A stretch of DNA of 64,000 nucleotides from Bacteroidota bacterium (GTDB lineage Bacteria > Bacteroidota > Bacteroidia > Bacteroidales > P3): contig JAFNAR010000007.1 in NCBI GenBank assembly GCA_017860255.1, forward strand, positions 153 to 64,152. Reading direction: 5' to 3'. Positions 27,800 through 36,408 of the stretch are shown here, piece after piece. The translations under genes and the position numbers were made by a program. Position 1 is the first letter of the stretch, and every line of letters starts with the position of its first letter. Below the pieces are notes generated by a model. It made no database searches. It worked only from the letters and a program-made list of their open reading frames with translations, and had not been told where the DNA came from.

Positions 27800-28606
27800 T
27801 TGAAAAGAAAATCTATATTAGCAAAAAAGGTACTTAAACCTTTCTATAATTTATACTTAAAACTTTATCTTGAAGATAATAAAGATAAAGACAATTACAC
27901 TTTTGACAGATATCCAATTAGAAAAACAATTGGATTAGGTCATGATGCATCAGATATTATGACTGCAAGAGTTGATATTTTAGCCCTTGAGGCTTCAACT
28001 CCTTTTAATAAAGTTATGGAGACAATTGCTCAAAGTGGATTCTCAAGAATTCCAGTTTATGAAAAGGAGCTTGATCAAATTAAAGGGGTTTTGCATGTTA
28101 AAGATTTATTCAAATACTTATGCAATGAAAAGGATTTTGAATGGAGCAAAATTATTAGAGAACCTTTTTTTATTCCAGAAACTAAAGATGTTAATGATTT
28201 ATTAAAGGAGTTTTTGGAAGAAAAACGTCATCAGGCTATTGTTGTTGATGAATTTGGATTTGTAATTGGGATTGTTAGTTTAGAAGATATTTTGGAAGAG
28301 ATTGTTGGAGAAATTAGCGACGAATTTGATCATCTTAAACCTTCATTAGTTACTAAACTTGGAAAGAAAACCTATATGTTTACTGGCAAAATTAGTATTA
28401 ATGATTTCTGTAAGGCTATTGGGCTTCCAGATGATAAAGTGTTTGAAGAAATTAAAGGAGATGCTGATACTTTGGCTGGTATGTTAATTGAAATTGCTGG
28501 ATATTTGCCTAAAAAGGGTGAAACTATAAAGTTCGATAACTATTTTTTCATAATTGAAAAAGCCGATAACAGAAAAATTGAACGTGTTAAATTAATAGTT
28601 AAATAA
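27800..28606 (+). CDS. CBS-pair + CorC/HlyC C-terminal domain protein, GldE-like but lacking the DUF21 membrane domain
   Basis: 268 aa from a TTG start. DIMTARVDILAL...GFSRIPVY...IKGVLHVKDL...AIVVDEFG..IGIVSLEDILEEIVGEI is the CBS pair, followed by the CorC_HlyC transporter-associated domain. It sits immediately upstream of gldD, as in gliding flavobacteria. Only 122 bp of non-coding DNA lies upstream. Confidence 0.7.
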   Translation: MKRKSILAKKVLKPFYNLYLKLYLEDNKDKDNYTFDRYPIRKTIGLGHDASDIMTARVDILALEASTPFNKVMETIAQSGFSRIPVYEKELDQIKGVLHVKDLFKYLCNEKDFEWSKIIREPFFIPETKDVNDLLKEFLEEKRHQAIVVDEFGFVIGIVSLEDILEEIVGEISDEFDHLKPSLVTKLGKKTYMFTGKISINDFCKAIGLPDDKVFEEIKGDADTLAGMLIEIAGYLPKKGETIKFDNYFFIIEKADNRKIERVKLIVK

Positions 28607-28608
28607 TA

Positions 28609-29199
28609 ATGAAAGTCAAATATTTTTTTATCATTTTATTAAGCCTAATTGGGTTTGTTGGTTGCTCTAATGATCAAAACACTACTCCAAAACCAAAAAC
28701 ATATTTTCGTATTGATGTTCCAAAGCCAAAATACATAACATTTGATACTTTATCTCTTCCTCTTACTTTTCAATATCCCGATTATGGAGTTATTGAAGAA
28801 AAGCAAGACAAAAATTCAAATATTAATTGGTTTAATATTTACTTTAAGGAGTATGGTTGTAAGTTATATATGACCTTTGTTAAATTGAATAACAACATTA
28901 AGTTAGATACATTGGTTAATGATAGCTACAATTTTACCAAAGAGCATGATAAATTCTCAAGTGGAGTGATTGAAAAAGAGTTTGTAAATAATAAAGATAA
29001 GGTTTATGGTTATTTATTTGATATAAAAGGATCTCAAGTTGCCTCTCCTTATCAGTTTTATGTTACCGATAGTTCTAAATACTTCCTTCGTGGAGCTTTA
29101 TATTTTGATTACAAAGCTAATAATGATTCTCTTGCTCCAATAATAAATCGAATTAAAACAGATATTGATTATATGATTTCTACATTAAAGTGGAAATAG
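28609..29199 (+). CDS. gldD: Gliding motility-associated lipoprotein GldD
   Basis: 196 aa. Lipobox FVGC. PKPKTYFRIDVPKPKY after the Cys, and FYVTDSSKYFLRGALYF...NNDSLAPI near the C-terminus. These match my recollection of the GldD family. Positioned 2 bp after the gldE-like gene. Confidence 0.75.
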   Translation: MKVKYFFIILLSLIGFVGCSNDQNTTPKPKTYFRIDVPKPKYITFDTLSLPLTFQYPDYGVIEEKQDKNSNINWFNIYFKEYGCKLYMTFVKLNNNIKLDTLVNDSYNFTKEHDKFSSGVIEKEFVNNKDKVYGYLFDIKGSQVASPYQFYVTDSSKYFLRGALYFDYKANNDSLAPIINRIKTDIDYMISTLKWK

Positions 29200-29224
29200 A
29201 AAAGACAATCATAATACTATAAAA

Positions 29225-29260
29225 AAACTCCGTTTAATATTTATTAAATAAACGGAGTTT
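29225..29260. terminator. Bidirectional hairpin terminator
   Basis: Stem aaactccgttta / taaacggagttt (12 bp) flanked by A- and T-runs, between convergent genes. Confidence 0.65.
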
Positions 29261-29290
29261 ATAGAAAGCTAAGAAATAATCTTATGATTT

Positions 29291-29728
29291 TTATTCTGAG
29301 TCTTTTTGTTCTGATTGGTTTTCAGCTATAGTTTCATCTTCTTCCTTAAGGTCAATTAGTCTTTTGCTGTTTAACAAATTGTACCATGTGAATAGTTTTT
29401 TCATATCTGAAACATATACTCTTTCACTATCGAAGTTAGGAACTATTTCTGTCATGTATGCAATTAACTTCTTAGAGTCAGATTTTGGATCAATACAATC
29501 TTTACCTTCTTCTTTTTTGTATATTTCTTGAAATACTTTTACTAAAGGTATATCGTCATCAATTGTAAAAATACTTATATCTTGCAAAGAACTAATCTTT
29601 GCATTAGCAAAAGCGGTTTGACGTTTTCCATCTAATAAAGATTCTATTAATGCTCCACTTTTTGCTTGTGAAATTAATGCAAATAGTCCTGGCTTACCTG
29701 ATATTGATAATATCTTACTTAAATCCAT
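29291..29728 (-). CDS. DUF5606-like protein
   Basis: 145 aa. N-terminus MDLSKILSISGKPGLFALISQAKSGALIESLLDGK matches the conserved Bacteroidota DUF5606 N-terminus as I recall it. Confidence 0.6.
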   Translation of the reverse strand: MDLSKILSISGKPGLFALISQAKSGALIESLLDGKRQTAFANAKISSLQDISIFTIDDDIPLVKVFQEIYKKEEGKDCIDPKSDSKKLIAYMTEIVPNFDSERVYVSDMKKLFTWYNLLNSKRLIDLKEEDETIAENQSEQKDSE

Positions 29729-29769
29729 ACTTAAAAAATTATTAGTTTATAAAATACTTAGTTAGTTTA

Positions 29770-29985
29770 TTAAATTATTTCTATTATTTCTTCCCAAATT
29801 TCAACCTTATCTCCTTTACGAATTTTCTTTCGCTTCTGATATTCCACCTCTCCATTTACCTTTACTTCTCCTTGCACTACCAATTCCTGTGCCAAAGCTC
29901 CGTTATCAACCATGTTTGTTGCTTTCAAAAGTTGAATTAAATGTATATATTCTTGATCCTTTCTTAAAGGAAACTGCGTTTTCAT
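29770..29985 (-). CDS. RNA-binding S4 domain protein (YbcJ-like)
   Basis: 71 aa. LLKATNMVDNGALAQELVVQGEVKVNGEVEYQKRKKIRKGDKV is a typical small S4/YbcJ protein pattern. Confidence 0.7.
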   Translation of the reverse strand: MKTQFPLRKDQEYIHLIQLLKATNMVDNGALAQELVVQGEVKVNGEVEYQKRKKIRKGDKVEIWEEIIEII

Positions 29986-30063
29986 TATACTATTTTATTA
30001 AAGGGTGCAAAAATACAATTTTATGGATATGTTAACGCTATTCTTGCTAATTTATTTAGTTCT

Positions 30064-30102
30064 ACATAAAAAAAGAGCTCTTATTTTGTTTATAAGAGCT
30101 CT
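30064..30102 (-). terminator. Rho-independent terminator of the POT transporter gene
   Basis: Stem agagctcttat / ataagagctct, with a T-run on the minus strand (A-run 30067-30073 on plus). Confidence 0.6.
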
Positions 30103-30122
30103 ATTATAAAATTGATTATTTA

Positions 30123-31667
30123 TTATTTTGTAACTCTTTCAAGCCATTTAACCATACTAAGCATAATTCCCATAGAAATAAAACATACTACTAAGAATAC
30201 TAACCAACAATATTGAATAGGCCAAGCATTGTACATAACAGGTCCTAACCAAATAAGAAGATTACCTACTGCTGTTGCACCAAGCCATAGTCCTTGACAA
30301 AGTCCAAGAAGATGTTTTGGAGCAACTTTTGATACAAAAGAAAGCCCAAGTGGAGAAATAAACAACTCTGCCACAGTTAAGAAGAAATATGTTACAATAA
30401 GAACCCACCAACCTGCTTTCATACCTTCTGATGTGGTAACGTCCATTGCTTTAAATGTTTCTCCTGAAGGATAACCTTGTATATAAGAGAATATAGTTAA
30501 GAACAAATAAGCACAACCTGCTATTGCCATACCTATTGCAATTTTTCTTGGAGTAGAAATGTCTTTACCTTTTTTTGCCATAGAACCAAAGATAGCCATA
30601 ATGATAGGAGTAAGAGCAATAACGAAAAATGGATTAACTGCCTGCCAAATTTCTGGAGCAATTGCATCTGTTTTTACAAAGTCTCTTGCAAAGACAGAAA
30701 GAGATTGTCCGTTTTGATGGAATGAAAACCAGAAAAATACAGCAACACCAAGAACTGCAAACAAAGCATAAAGTCTTTGTTTGATTTCTTTTGCCATAGC
30801 TTGTTTTTCTTCTTGAGTATAAGAAATAGTCTCTGTTGATGCTTTTTTAGCTGGGGTTGGGAATGTTTTTTTGTTATAAAGGAATATAACAAGAGAAATA
30901 ATCATTGCTGCAACAGATGCTATGAATGAGAAATGCACCCCTTGATTGAAAACTTCAAGATAAGCAGATGGTTCAAAAGTTGTTCCATTAATTGTTGCAG
31001 CTGTTGATAATTCTTGATATTTAGTCATTTGATCACCAATATTTCCGTTGATAACCTTATGGCAAAGTTCAGGAAGACTTGAATTATAGATAAATCCATT
31101 GGTTTTTAACCACCATTGTCTTAACAAAGGAGCCACAAATGGAGCTATCAAACCTCCTATATTAATAAAAACATAAAATATTTGAAAACCAGAATCTCTT
31201 TTACTCTTAGCAACTTTTAATTCTTCTGGACCTTTTTTTGCAGCTTCAGCTTCAAAGTTATCATACATTTGTCCAACAATAGCTTGCAAATTACCTTTAA
31301 ACAAGCCATTACCAAAAGCAATAAAAGCCAAAGCCAAGCAAGTAAAAGGAAGCAACCATGTTGTATTTGTAGAAGATGCTGTAATAGGTATAGCTAACAG
31401 AACATAACCTAATGCCATTACTATCAAACCTTTTTGAATAGTACCTTTATAGTTTTGAGTACGGTCGGCAATAATACCTCCAACAAGACTTAATATATAA
31501 ATGGAGCAATAGAATACTGAATATATTGCACCTGATACTCCATCAGATAAACCAAACTTAGAGCAAAGGAATAACAATAAAACGGCATTCATAATGTAGT
31601 AGCCGAATCTTTCTCCCATATTACTTAGGGCTGCCGTAATAAGCCCTTTTGGATGACTTTTAAACAT
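30123..31667 (-). CDS. Proton-dependent oligopeptide transporter (POT/PTR2 family)
   Basis: 514 aa, about 14 TM segments. GERFGYY motif near the N-terminus and FYVFINIGGLIAP (the PTR2 signature region). Confidence 0.8.
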   Translation of the reverse strand: MFKSHPKGLITAALSNMGERFGYYIMNAVLLLFLCSKFGLSDGVSGAIYSVFYCSIYILSLVGGIIADRTQNYKGTIQKGLIVMALGYVLLAIPITASSTNTTWLLPFTCLALAFIAFGNGLFKGNLQAIVGQMYDNFEAEAAKKGPEELKVAKSKRDSGFQIFYVFINIGGLIAPFVAPLLRQWWLKTNGFIYNSSLPELCHKVINGNIGDQMTKYQELSTAATINGTTFEPSAYLEVFNQGVHFSFIASVAAMIISLVIFLYNKKTFPTPAKKASTETISYTQEEKQAMAKEIKQRLYALFAVLGVAVFFWFSFHQNGQSLSVFARDFVKTDAIAPEIWQAVNPFFVIALTPIIMAIFGSMAKKGKDISTPRKIAIGMAIAGCAYLFLTIFSYIQGYPSGETFKAMDVTTSEGMKAGWWVLIVTYFFLTVAELFISPLGLSFVSKVAPKHLLGLCQGLWLGATAVGNLLIWLGPVMYNAWPIQYCWLVFLVVCFISMGIMLSMVKWLERVTK

Positions 31668-31786
31668 AGATTTCTGTTTTTAAATTATTAAATAGTTTGA
31701 ATTGATTTTTTGATTTTAACTTGCAAATATACTGCAACTTATTTTATTTACCCAAATTAAGAAGTAATTTTATGGAATAATTTTAG

Positions 31787-31794
31787 TATTTTTG
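31787..31794 (+). promoter_or_regulatory. Bacteroidota-type -7 box for ruvC
   Basis: tatttttg matches TAnnTTTG, 31 nt upstream of the ATG at 31825. Confidence 0.4.
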
Positions 31795-31824
31795 CTCAAA
31801 ATAAGGGGATAAGAAGATTTTATT

Positions 31825-32403
31825 ATGGCGAAAACTTTCTCAGAAAATATAATTTTAGGGATTGACCCAGGAACAAATGTGTTGGGATATTCGGTAATTG
31901 AACAAAAAGGGAAGCAAATTACTTTATTAGAAATGAATGTCTTGAAACTTGGTAAGATTAAGGATATGTCTACAAGAATGAAAGAATTGTTTGATATTAT
32001 TGTTAAGATTATTGATAAGTATAATCCCGATATTCTATCTATTGAAGCTCCTTTTTTCGGGAAAAATGTTCAGTCTATGCTTAAACTCGGAAGAGCTCAA
32101 GGTTTGTGCATTGCAGCTGCTTTTTCAAGAAGTATTCCCTTTGTGGAGTATTCACCAAGAAAGATTAAACAATCAATAACTGGAAATGGAGCCTCCTCCA
32201 AAGAACAAGTTGCTTTAATGTTGCAAAGAATGGTGGAGTTTGATATGCCTGAATACTTGGATGCAACCGATGCATTAGCAGTTGCTATTTGTCATTTTCA
32301 TTGTCAAGATAATCCTTTGCCAACTGTTCCAAAAGCTAAGAAACAAAGTTCAAAATCTGCTTGGGGATCATTTGTTGAGAAGAATCCTGATAAGTTGGTT
32401 TAA
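31825..32403 (+). CDS. ruvC: Crossover junction endodeoxyribonuclease RuvC
   Basis: 192 aa. ILGIDPGTNVLGYSVIE, IEAPFFGKNVQS and DATDALAVAICH are the RuvC catalytic acidic motifs. Confidence 0.85.
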   Translation: MAKTFSENIILGIDPGTNVLGYSVIEQKGKQITLLEMNVLKLGKIKDMSTRMKELFDIIVKIIDKYNPDILSIEAPFFGKNVQSMLKLGRAQGLCIAAAFSRSIPFVEYSPRKIKQSITGNGASSKEQVALMLQRMVEFDMPEYLDATDALAVAICHFHCQDNPLPTVPKAKKQSSKSAWGSFVEKNPDKLV

Positions 32404-32412
32404 AGTTTAAGC

Positions 32413-33087
32413 TTAATCGTTTTTACCTTCAATGATTATTACTATTTCTCCTTTTATTGTTTTTTGAGAAAAGTATTCTATCAACTCACTTAATGTTCCT
32501 CTTTTATTTTCTTCAAACAGTTTAGATATTTCCCTGCTTACTGATGCTTTGCGTTCTTCTCCAAAGTATTCGGAAAATGAAGTTAGTGTTTTTAAAAGAC
32601 GATGAGGTGATTCATAAAATATCATTGTTCTTTCTTCTTCAACTAAGGCTTCTAATTTTGTTTGTCTTCCTTTCTTATGAGGCAGGAATCCTTCAAAACA
32701 AAACCTTTCACATGGAAGTCCTGAATTAACAAGAGCTGGTACAAAAGCTGTTGCTCCTGGCAAAGTTTCTACTTCAATTTCATTTTTAATACATTCTCTT
32801 ACCAAGAGAAAGCCAGGATCTGAAATTCCAGGAGTTCCTGCATCTGTTATTAAGGCTATGGATTTCCCAAACTTTATTTCTTCAACCACTCTTTCTACTT
32901 GCTCATGTTCATTAAATAAATGATGAGCTTTCAATGGTGTTTTAATTTCAAAATGATTAAGCAGCGGCCTTGATGTGCGAGTGTCTTCTGCAAGTATTAA
33001 ATCAACTTCTTTCAAAACTCTTATGGCTCGAAGTGTAATATCTTCAAGATTTCCAATTGGTGTGGGTACAAGATAAAGCTTAGCCAT
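32413..33087 (-). CDS. rsmI: 16S rRNA (cytidine1402-2'-O)-methyltransferase RsmI
   Basis: 224 aa. LYLVPTPIGNLEDITLRAIRVLKEVDLILAEDTR is the canonical RsmI N-terminus. Confidence 0.85.
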   Translation of the reverse strand: MAKLYLVPTPIGNLEDITLRAIRVLKEVDLILAEDTRTSRPLLNHFEIKTPLKAHHLFNEHEQVERVVEEIKFGKSIALITDAGTPGISDPGFLLVRECIKNEIEVETLPGATAFVPALVNSGLPCERFCFEGFLPHKKGRQTKLEALVEEERTMIFYESPHRLLKTLTSFSEYFGEERKASVSREISKLFEENKRGTLSELIEYFSQKTIKGEIVIIIEGKND

Positions 33088-33097
33088 TGCTGTTTTA

Positions 33098-34096
33098 TTA
33101 GAAAGGTTTAAATCCTATTATTTCTCTTACTTCTTTAATAGTTTTTCGAGCTGATTCTCTTACTTTTTCAGAGCCTTGATTAACTACTTGTTTTAAGTAT
33201 TCCGAGTTATTTTCAATTTCCAATATTCTTTCTCTAAATGGAGTTGTGAAAGCAATCATATCTTCTGCTAATTGTTTCTTCATATCACCATAGCGAATTG
33301 AACAGTCATTGTATTTTTCTTCAAAGAATGAAACTGTATCATTGCTTGAAACTAATTTCATTAATGAGAATATGTTTTCTATTTCTTGAGTCTTAGGTTC
33401 ATTAGGTGTTGTTGGGCCAGAATCAGTTTTAGCCCTCATTATCTTCTTTCTCAAAACTTCTGGTTCATCAATTAAAAATACTGCATTTCCTTCTCCTTCC
33501 GATTTTCCCATCTTACCGCTTCCATCCAAACCAGGAACTTTTACTAATTCATTTCCAAAATTATAAGCAAGAGGTTCTGGGAAATAATCCACATTATACA
33601 TTCTGTTAAATCGACCAGCAAATGTTCTTGTCATTTCCAAATGTTGCTCTTGATCTTTTCCAACTGGAACATGTGTTGCCTTATGAATTAATATATCAGC
33701 AGCCATTAGGGTTGGATAAGTTAATAAACCTGCATTAACATTATCAGGTTGCTGACGTACCTTATCCTTAAATGAAGTAACTCTTTCCAATTCCCCCAAG
33801 TAAGCATTCATATTTAGGTACATATATAATTCTGATATTTCTGGTACTTCACTTTGAACATAAATAGTAGCTTTATTTGGATCTAATCCACAAGCCAAGT
33901 ATTGTGAAAGAATTATTCTAACATTATTATGTAAATCCTTTGGATTAGGATGAGTTGTTAGAGAATGATAGTCTGCAATAAAGAAGTAACATTTATGTTC
34001 TTCCTGCAAAGAGATAAAACTTTTTAACGCACCAAAGTAACTTCCTAAATGTAAATTACCTGTTGGTCGCATTCCACTTACTATTAATTTGTTCAT
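33098..34096 (-). CDS. trpS: Tryptophan--tRNA ligase
   Basis: SGMRPTGNLHLGSYFGA (HIGH-type motif) and GKMGKS (KMSKS motif). The start is moved to the ATG at 34096 (MNKLIVSG); the ORF track extends 21 codons further, to 34159. Confidence 0.85.
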   Translation of the reverse strand: MNKLIVSGMRPTGNLHLGSYFGALKSFISLQEEHKCYFFIADYHSLTTHPNPKDLHNNVRIILSQYLACGLDPNKATIYVQSEVPEISELYMYLNMNAYLGELERVTSFKDKVRQQPDNVNAGLLTYPTLMAADILIHKATHVPVGKDQEQHLEMTRTFAGRFNRMYNVDYFPEPLAYNFGNELVKVPGLDGSGKMGKSEGEGNAVFLIDEPEVLRKKIMRAKTDSGPTTPNEPKTQEIENIFSLMKLVSSNDTVSFFEEKYNDCSIRYGDMKKQLAEDMIAFTTPFRERILEIENNSEYLKQVVNQGSEKVRESARKTIKEVREIIGFKPF

Positions 34097-34219
34097 CCTA
34101 ATTCTTATTTTAATGGATTGCAAAGATAGGATATTTTCATAAAGTGTAAAATAAAACATATTGCAATTTTACTATATGTATAACTTAGTTACAAGAATCA
34201 AAACAGAGTTTTATTGACA

Positions 34220-34297
34220 CTTATACAAGGTTTTAACGACTCTTAATCCTTACATTAGTGAAACGAGATGGCATTTCGCATCCTAAAACTCCTTATT
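34220..34297 (-). repeat. Copy A of a two-copy structured intergenic element (minus-strand orientation)
   Basis: The reverse complement reads aaataaggagtttt..gcgaaatgccat..taaggattaagagtcgt..ccttgtataa. It is collinear with 57547..57647 on the plus strand, apart from a ~22-nt indel. A box taaggattaa/ttaatcctta occurs as inverted copies in both. Confidence 0.6.
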
Positions 34298-34475
34298 TAG
34301 TGTCATATTTATAAGGATTAAAATCTCAATTATCTTATTTAGATTAAAATATATTTGATTGAATAATATATGAAAAGATAGATTTTGACTATATATTAAG
34401 ATGAGTTTTTTCAAATGCAGAAAGAAAGATTTGAAATAATTGAAATTTTGTATTGAGATATAGAATACTTTTATT

Positions 34476-34483
34476 TATCTTTG
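34476..34483 (+). promoter_or_regulatory. Bacteroidota-type -7 box for glmS
   Basis: tatctttg matches TAnnTTTG, 40 nt upstream of the ATG at 34523. Confidence 0.45.
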
Positions 34484-34522
34484 CAGTATCTAAAATTAAT
34501 TTTAAATAAAACTAAATAATAT

Positions 34523-36367
34523 ATGTGCGGAATAGTAGGCTATATTGGTCATAAAGAAGCTTTTCCAATTTTAATAAAGGGATTAAAGCGTTTGGAGTAT
34601 AGAGGTTATGATAGTGCAGGAGTTGCGCTTTTGAATAAGGACTTAGACCTTAATGTATATAAAACCAAAGGAAAGGTTAAGCAATTGGAAGCATATTGCA
34701 AAGGTAAAGATATTAGCGGAAACATTGGAATTGCTCACACAAGATGGGCAACTCATGGAGAGCCAAACGATAGAAATGCCCATCCTCACTACTCACAATC
34801 AGAAAATTTAGCATTAATTCATAATGGTATAATTGAAAATTATCTTAGCATCAAGAAACTTCTAATTAATGAAGGTTATAGCTTTAAAAGCGATACAGAT
34901 ACTGAAGTATTGGTACATTTAATTGAGTATGTTAAAAATCGCTACAAGTTAGACCTCTTTGATGCAGTTAAAAGAAGTCTTAATTTTGTGGTTGGAGCTT
35001 ATGCAATTGGAGTTATAGAAAAAGGAAATAGCGACACCTTAGTTGCAGCTCGTAAAGGAAGTCCTTTAATATTAGGTGTGGGCGAAGGAGAATTCTTCTT
35101 AGGCTCAGATGCCACTGCAATAATAGAATACACTTCAAATGTTATTTATTTGAATGATGAAGAAGTGGCTGAATTACGTCTTGGTTCCAGTCCAAAGATT
35201 CGTACTTTAAAAGATCAAGAAGTAAATCACGAAATTAAAAAGATAGAGTTAGCACTTGAAGATATTGAAAAAGGAGGATATCCACACTTTATGTTAAAGG
35301 AAATTCATGAGCAGCCAAAGAGTTTGGAAATGTGTATGAATGGTCGTTTGAACAGAGAATTGATGGAAATTAAACTAAGTGGGATAACTGATAATATTGA
35401 ACGTTTCCGCTCAGCAAAGAGAATTTTAATAACTGCATGTGGAACATCATGGCATGCAGGACTTATTGGTAAATATTTAATAGAAGAACTTTGTCGAATA
35501 CCAGTTGAAGTTGAAGTTGCATCAGAGTTAAGATATCGTTATCCTGTAATTGAAAAAGACGATATTCTAATTCCTATTTCACAATCAGGAGAAACTGCCG
35601 ACACCTTAGCAGCAATAGAACTTGCTAAAGAACAGGGAGCATTTATATATGGAATATGTAATGTTGTTGGTTCCTCAATAGCAAGAGCAACTGATAGTGG
35701 AACCTACACACATGCAGGTCCTGAAATAGGTGTTGCATCCACCAAAGCCTTCACAACTCAAGTTGCAGTACTTACAATGATGGCACTAACACTTGGTAAA
35801 GAACTTGGAACAATTAGTCAAGAAAGATATAAAAAGACCGTTCAAGAACTTTCCGAAATCACACATAAAATTGAAAAAATACTTTTATTAGATAAAGAGA
35901 TAGAGAAAATTTCCACAGTCTTTACCTATGCACGCAACTTTATGTACTTAGGTCGTGGATACAATTATCCAGTTGCTTTGGAAGGAGCTTTAAAGCTTAA
36001 AGAAATTTCATATATACATGCGGAAGGTTATCCAGCTGCAGAAATGAAGCACGGACCTATTGCACTTATTGATGACGAAATGCCGATTGTTGTTATCTCT
36101 CCTAAGGTTAGAATATATGATAAGGTAGTAAGTAACGTTCAGGAAATAAAAGCTCGTAAGGGAAAAATTATAGCAATAGTAAATGAAGGTGATGTTGATG
36201 TAAAGAAGATGGCAGACTTTTGTATAGAAATACCTTCTACTGATGAATGCTTAACTCCTCTTTTAACTGTTATTCCTCTTCAAATACTCTCCTACTATAT
36301 TGCTTCAATTAAAGGTAGAGATGTTGACCAACCACGCAATTTAGCAAAGAGCGTAACAGTAGAATAA
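34523..36367 (+). CDS. glmS: Glutamine--fructose-6-phosphate aminotransferase (isomerizing)
   Basis: 614 aa. MCGIVGYIG N-terminal nucleophile Cys, two SIS domains (SQSGETADT) and a C-terminal ...NLAKSVTVE. Confidence 0.95.
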   Translation: MCGIVGYIGHKEAFPILIKGLKRLEYRGYDSAGVALLNKDLDLNVYKTKGKVKQLEAYCKGKDISGNIGIAHTRWATHGEPNDRNAHPHYSQSENLALIHNGIIENYLSIKKLLINEGYSFKSDTDTEVLVHLIEYVKNRYKLDLFDAVKRSLNFVVGAYAIGVIEKGNSDTLVAARKGSPLILGVGEGEFFLGSDATAIIEYTSNVIYLNDEEVAELRLGSSPKIRTLKDQEVNHEIKKIELALEDIEKGGYPHFMLKEIHEQPKSLEMCMNGRLNRELMEIKLSGITDNIERFRSAKRILITACGTSWHAGLIGKYLIEELCRIPVEVEVASELRYRYPVIEKDDILIPISQSGETADTLAAIELAKEQGAFIYGICNVVGSSIARATDSGTYTHAGPEIGVASTKAFTTQVAVLTMMALTLGKELGTISQERYKKTVQELSEITHKIEKILLLDKEIEKISTVFTYARNFMYLGRGYNYPVALEGALKLKEISYIHAEGYPAAEMKHGPIALIDDEMPIVVISPKVRIYDKVVSNVQEIKARKGKIIAIVNEGDVDVKKMADFCIEIPSTDECLTPLLTVIPLQILSYYIASIKGRDVDQPRNLAKSVTVE

Positions 36368-36408
36368 ATCTTTTAGTCTAATAAACTATTAATTTAAACT
36401 AATAAGAA

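Noticed and set aside
34160-34522. glmS ribozyme upstream of glmS, or a T-box/leader upstream of trpS
   Set aside because: The promoter-like -7 box at 34476 leaves only ~40 nt of glmS leader, too short for the ribozyme. I see no T-box core sequence or specifier-loop arrangement. The conserved element here has a second copy at 57.5 kb unrelated to either gene.
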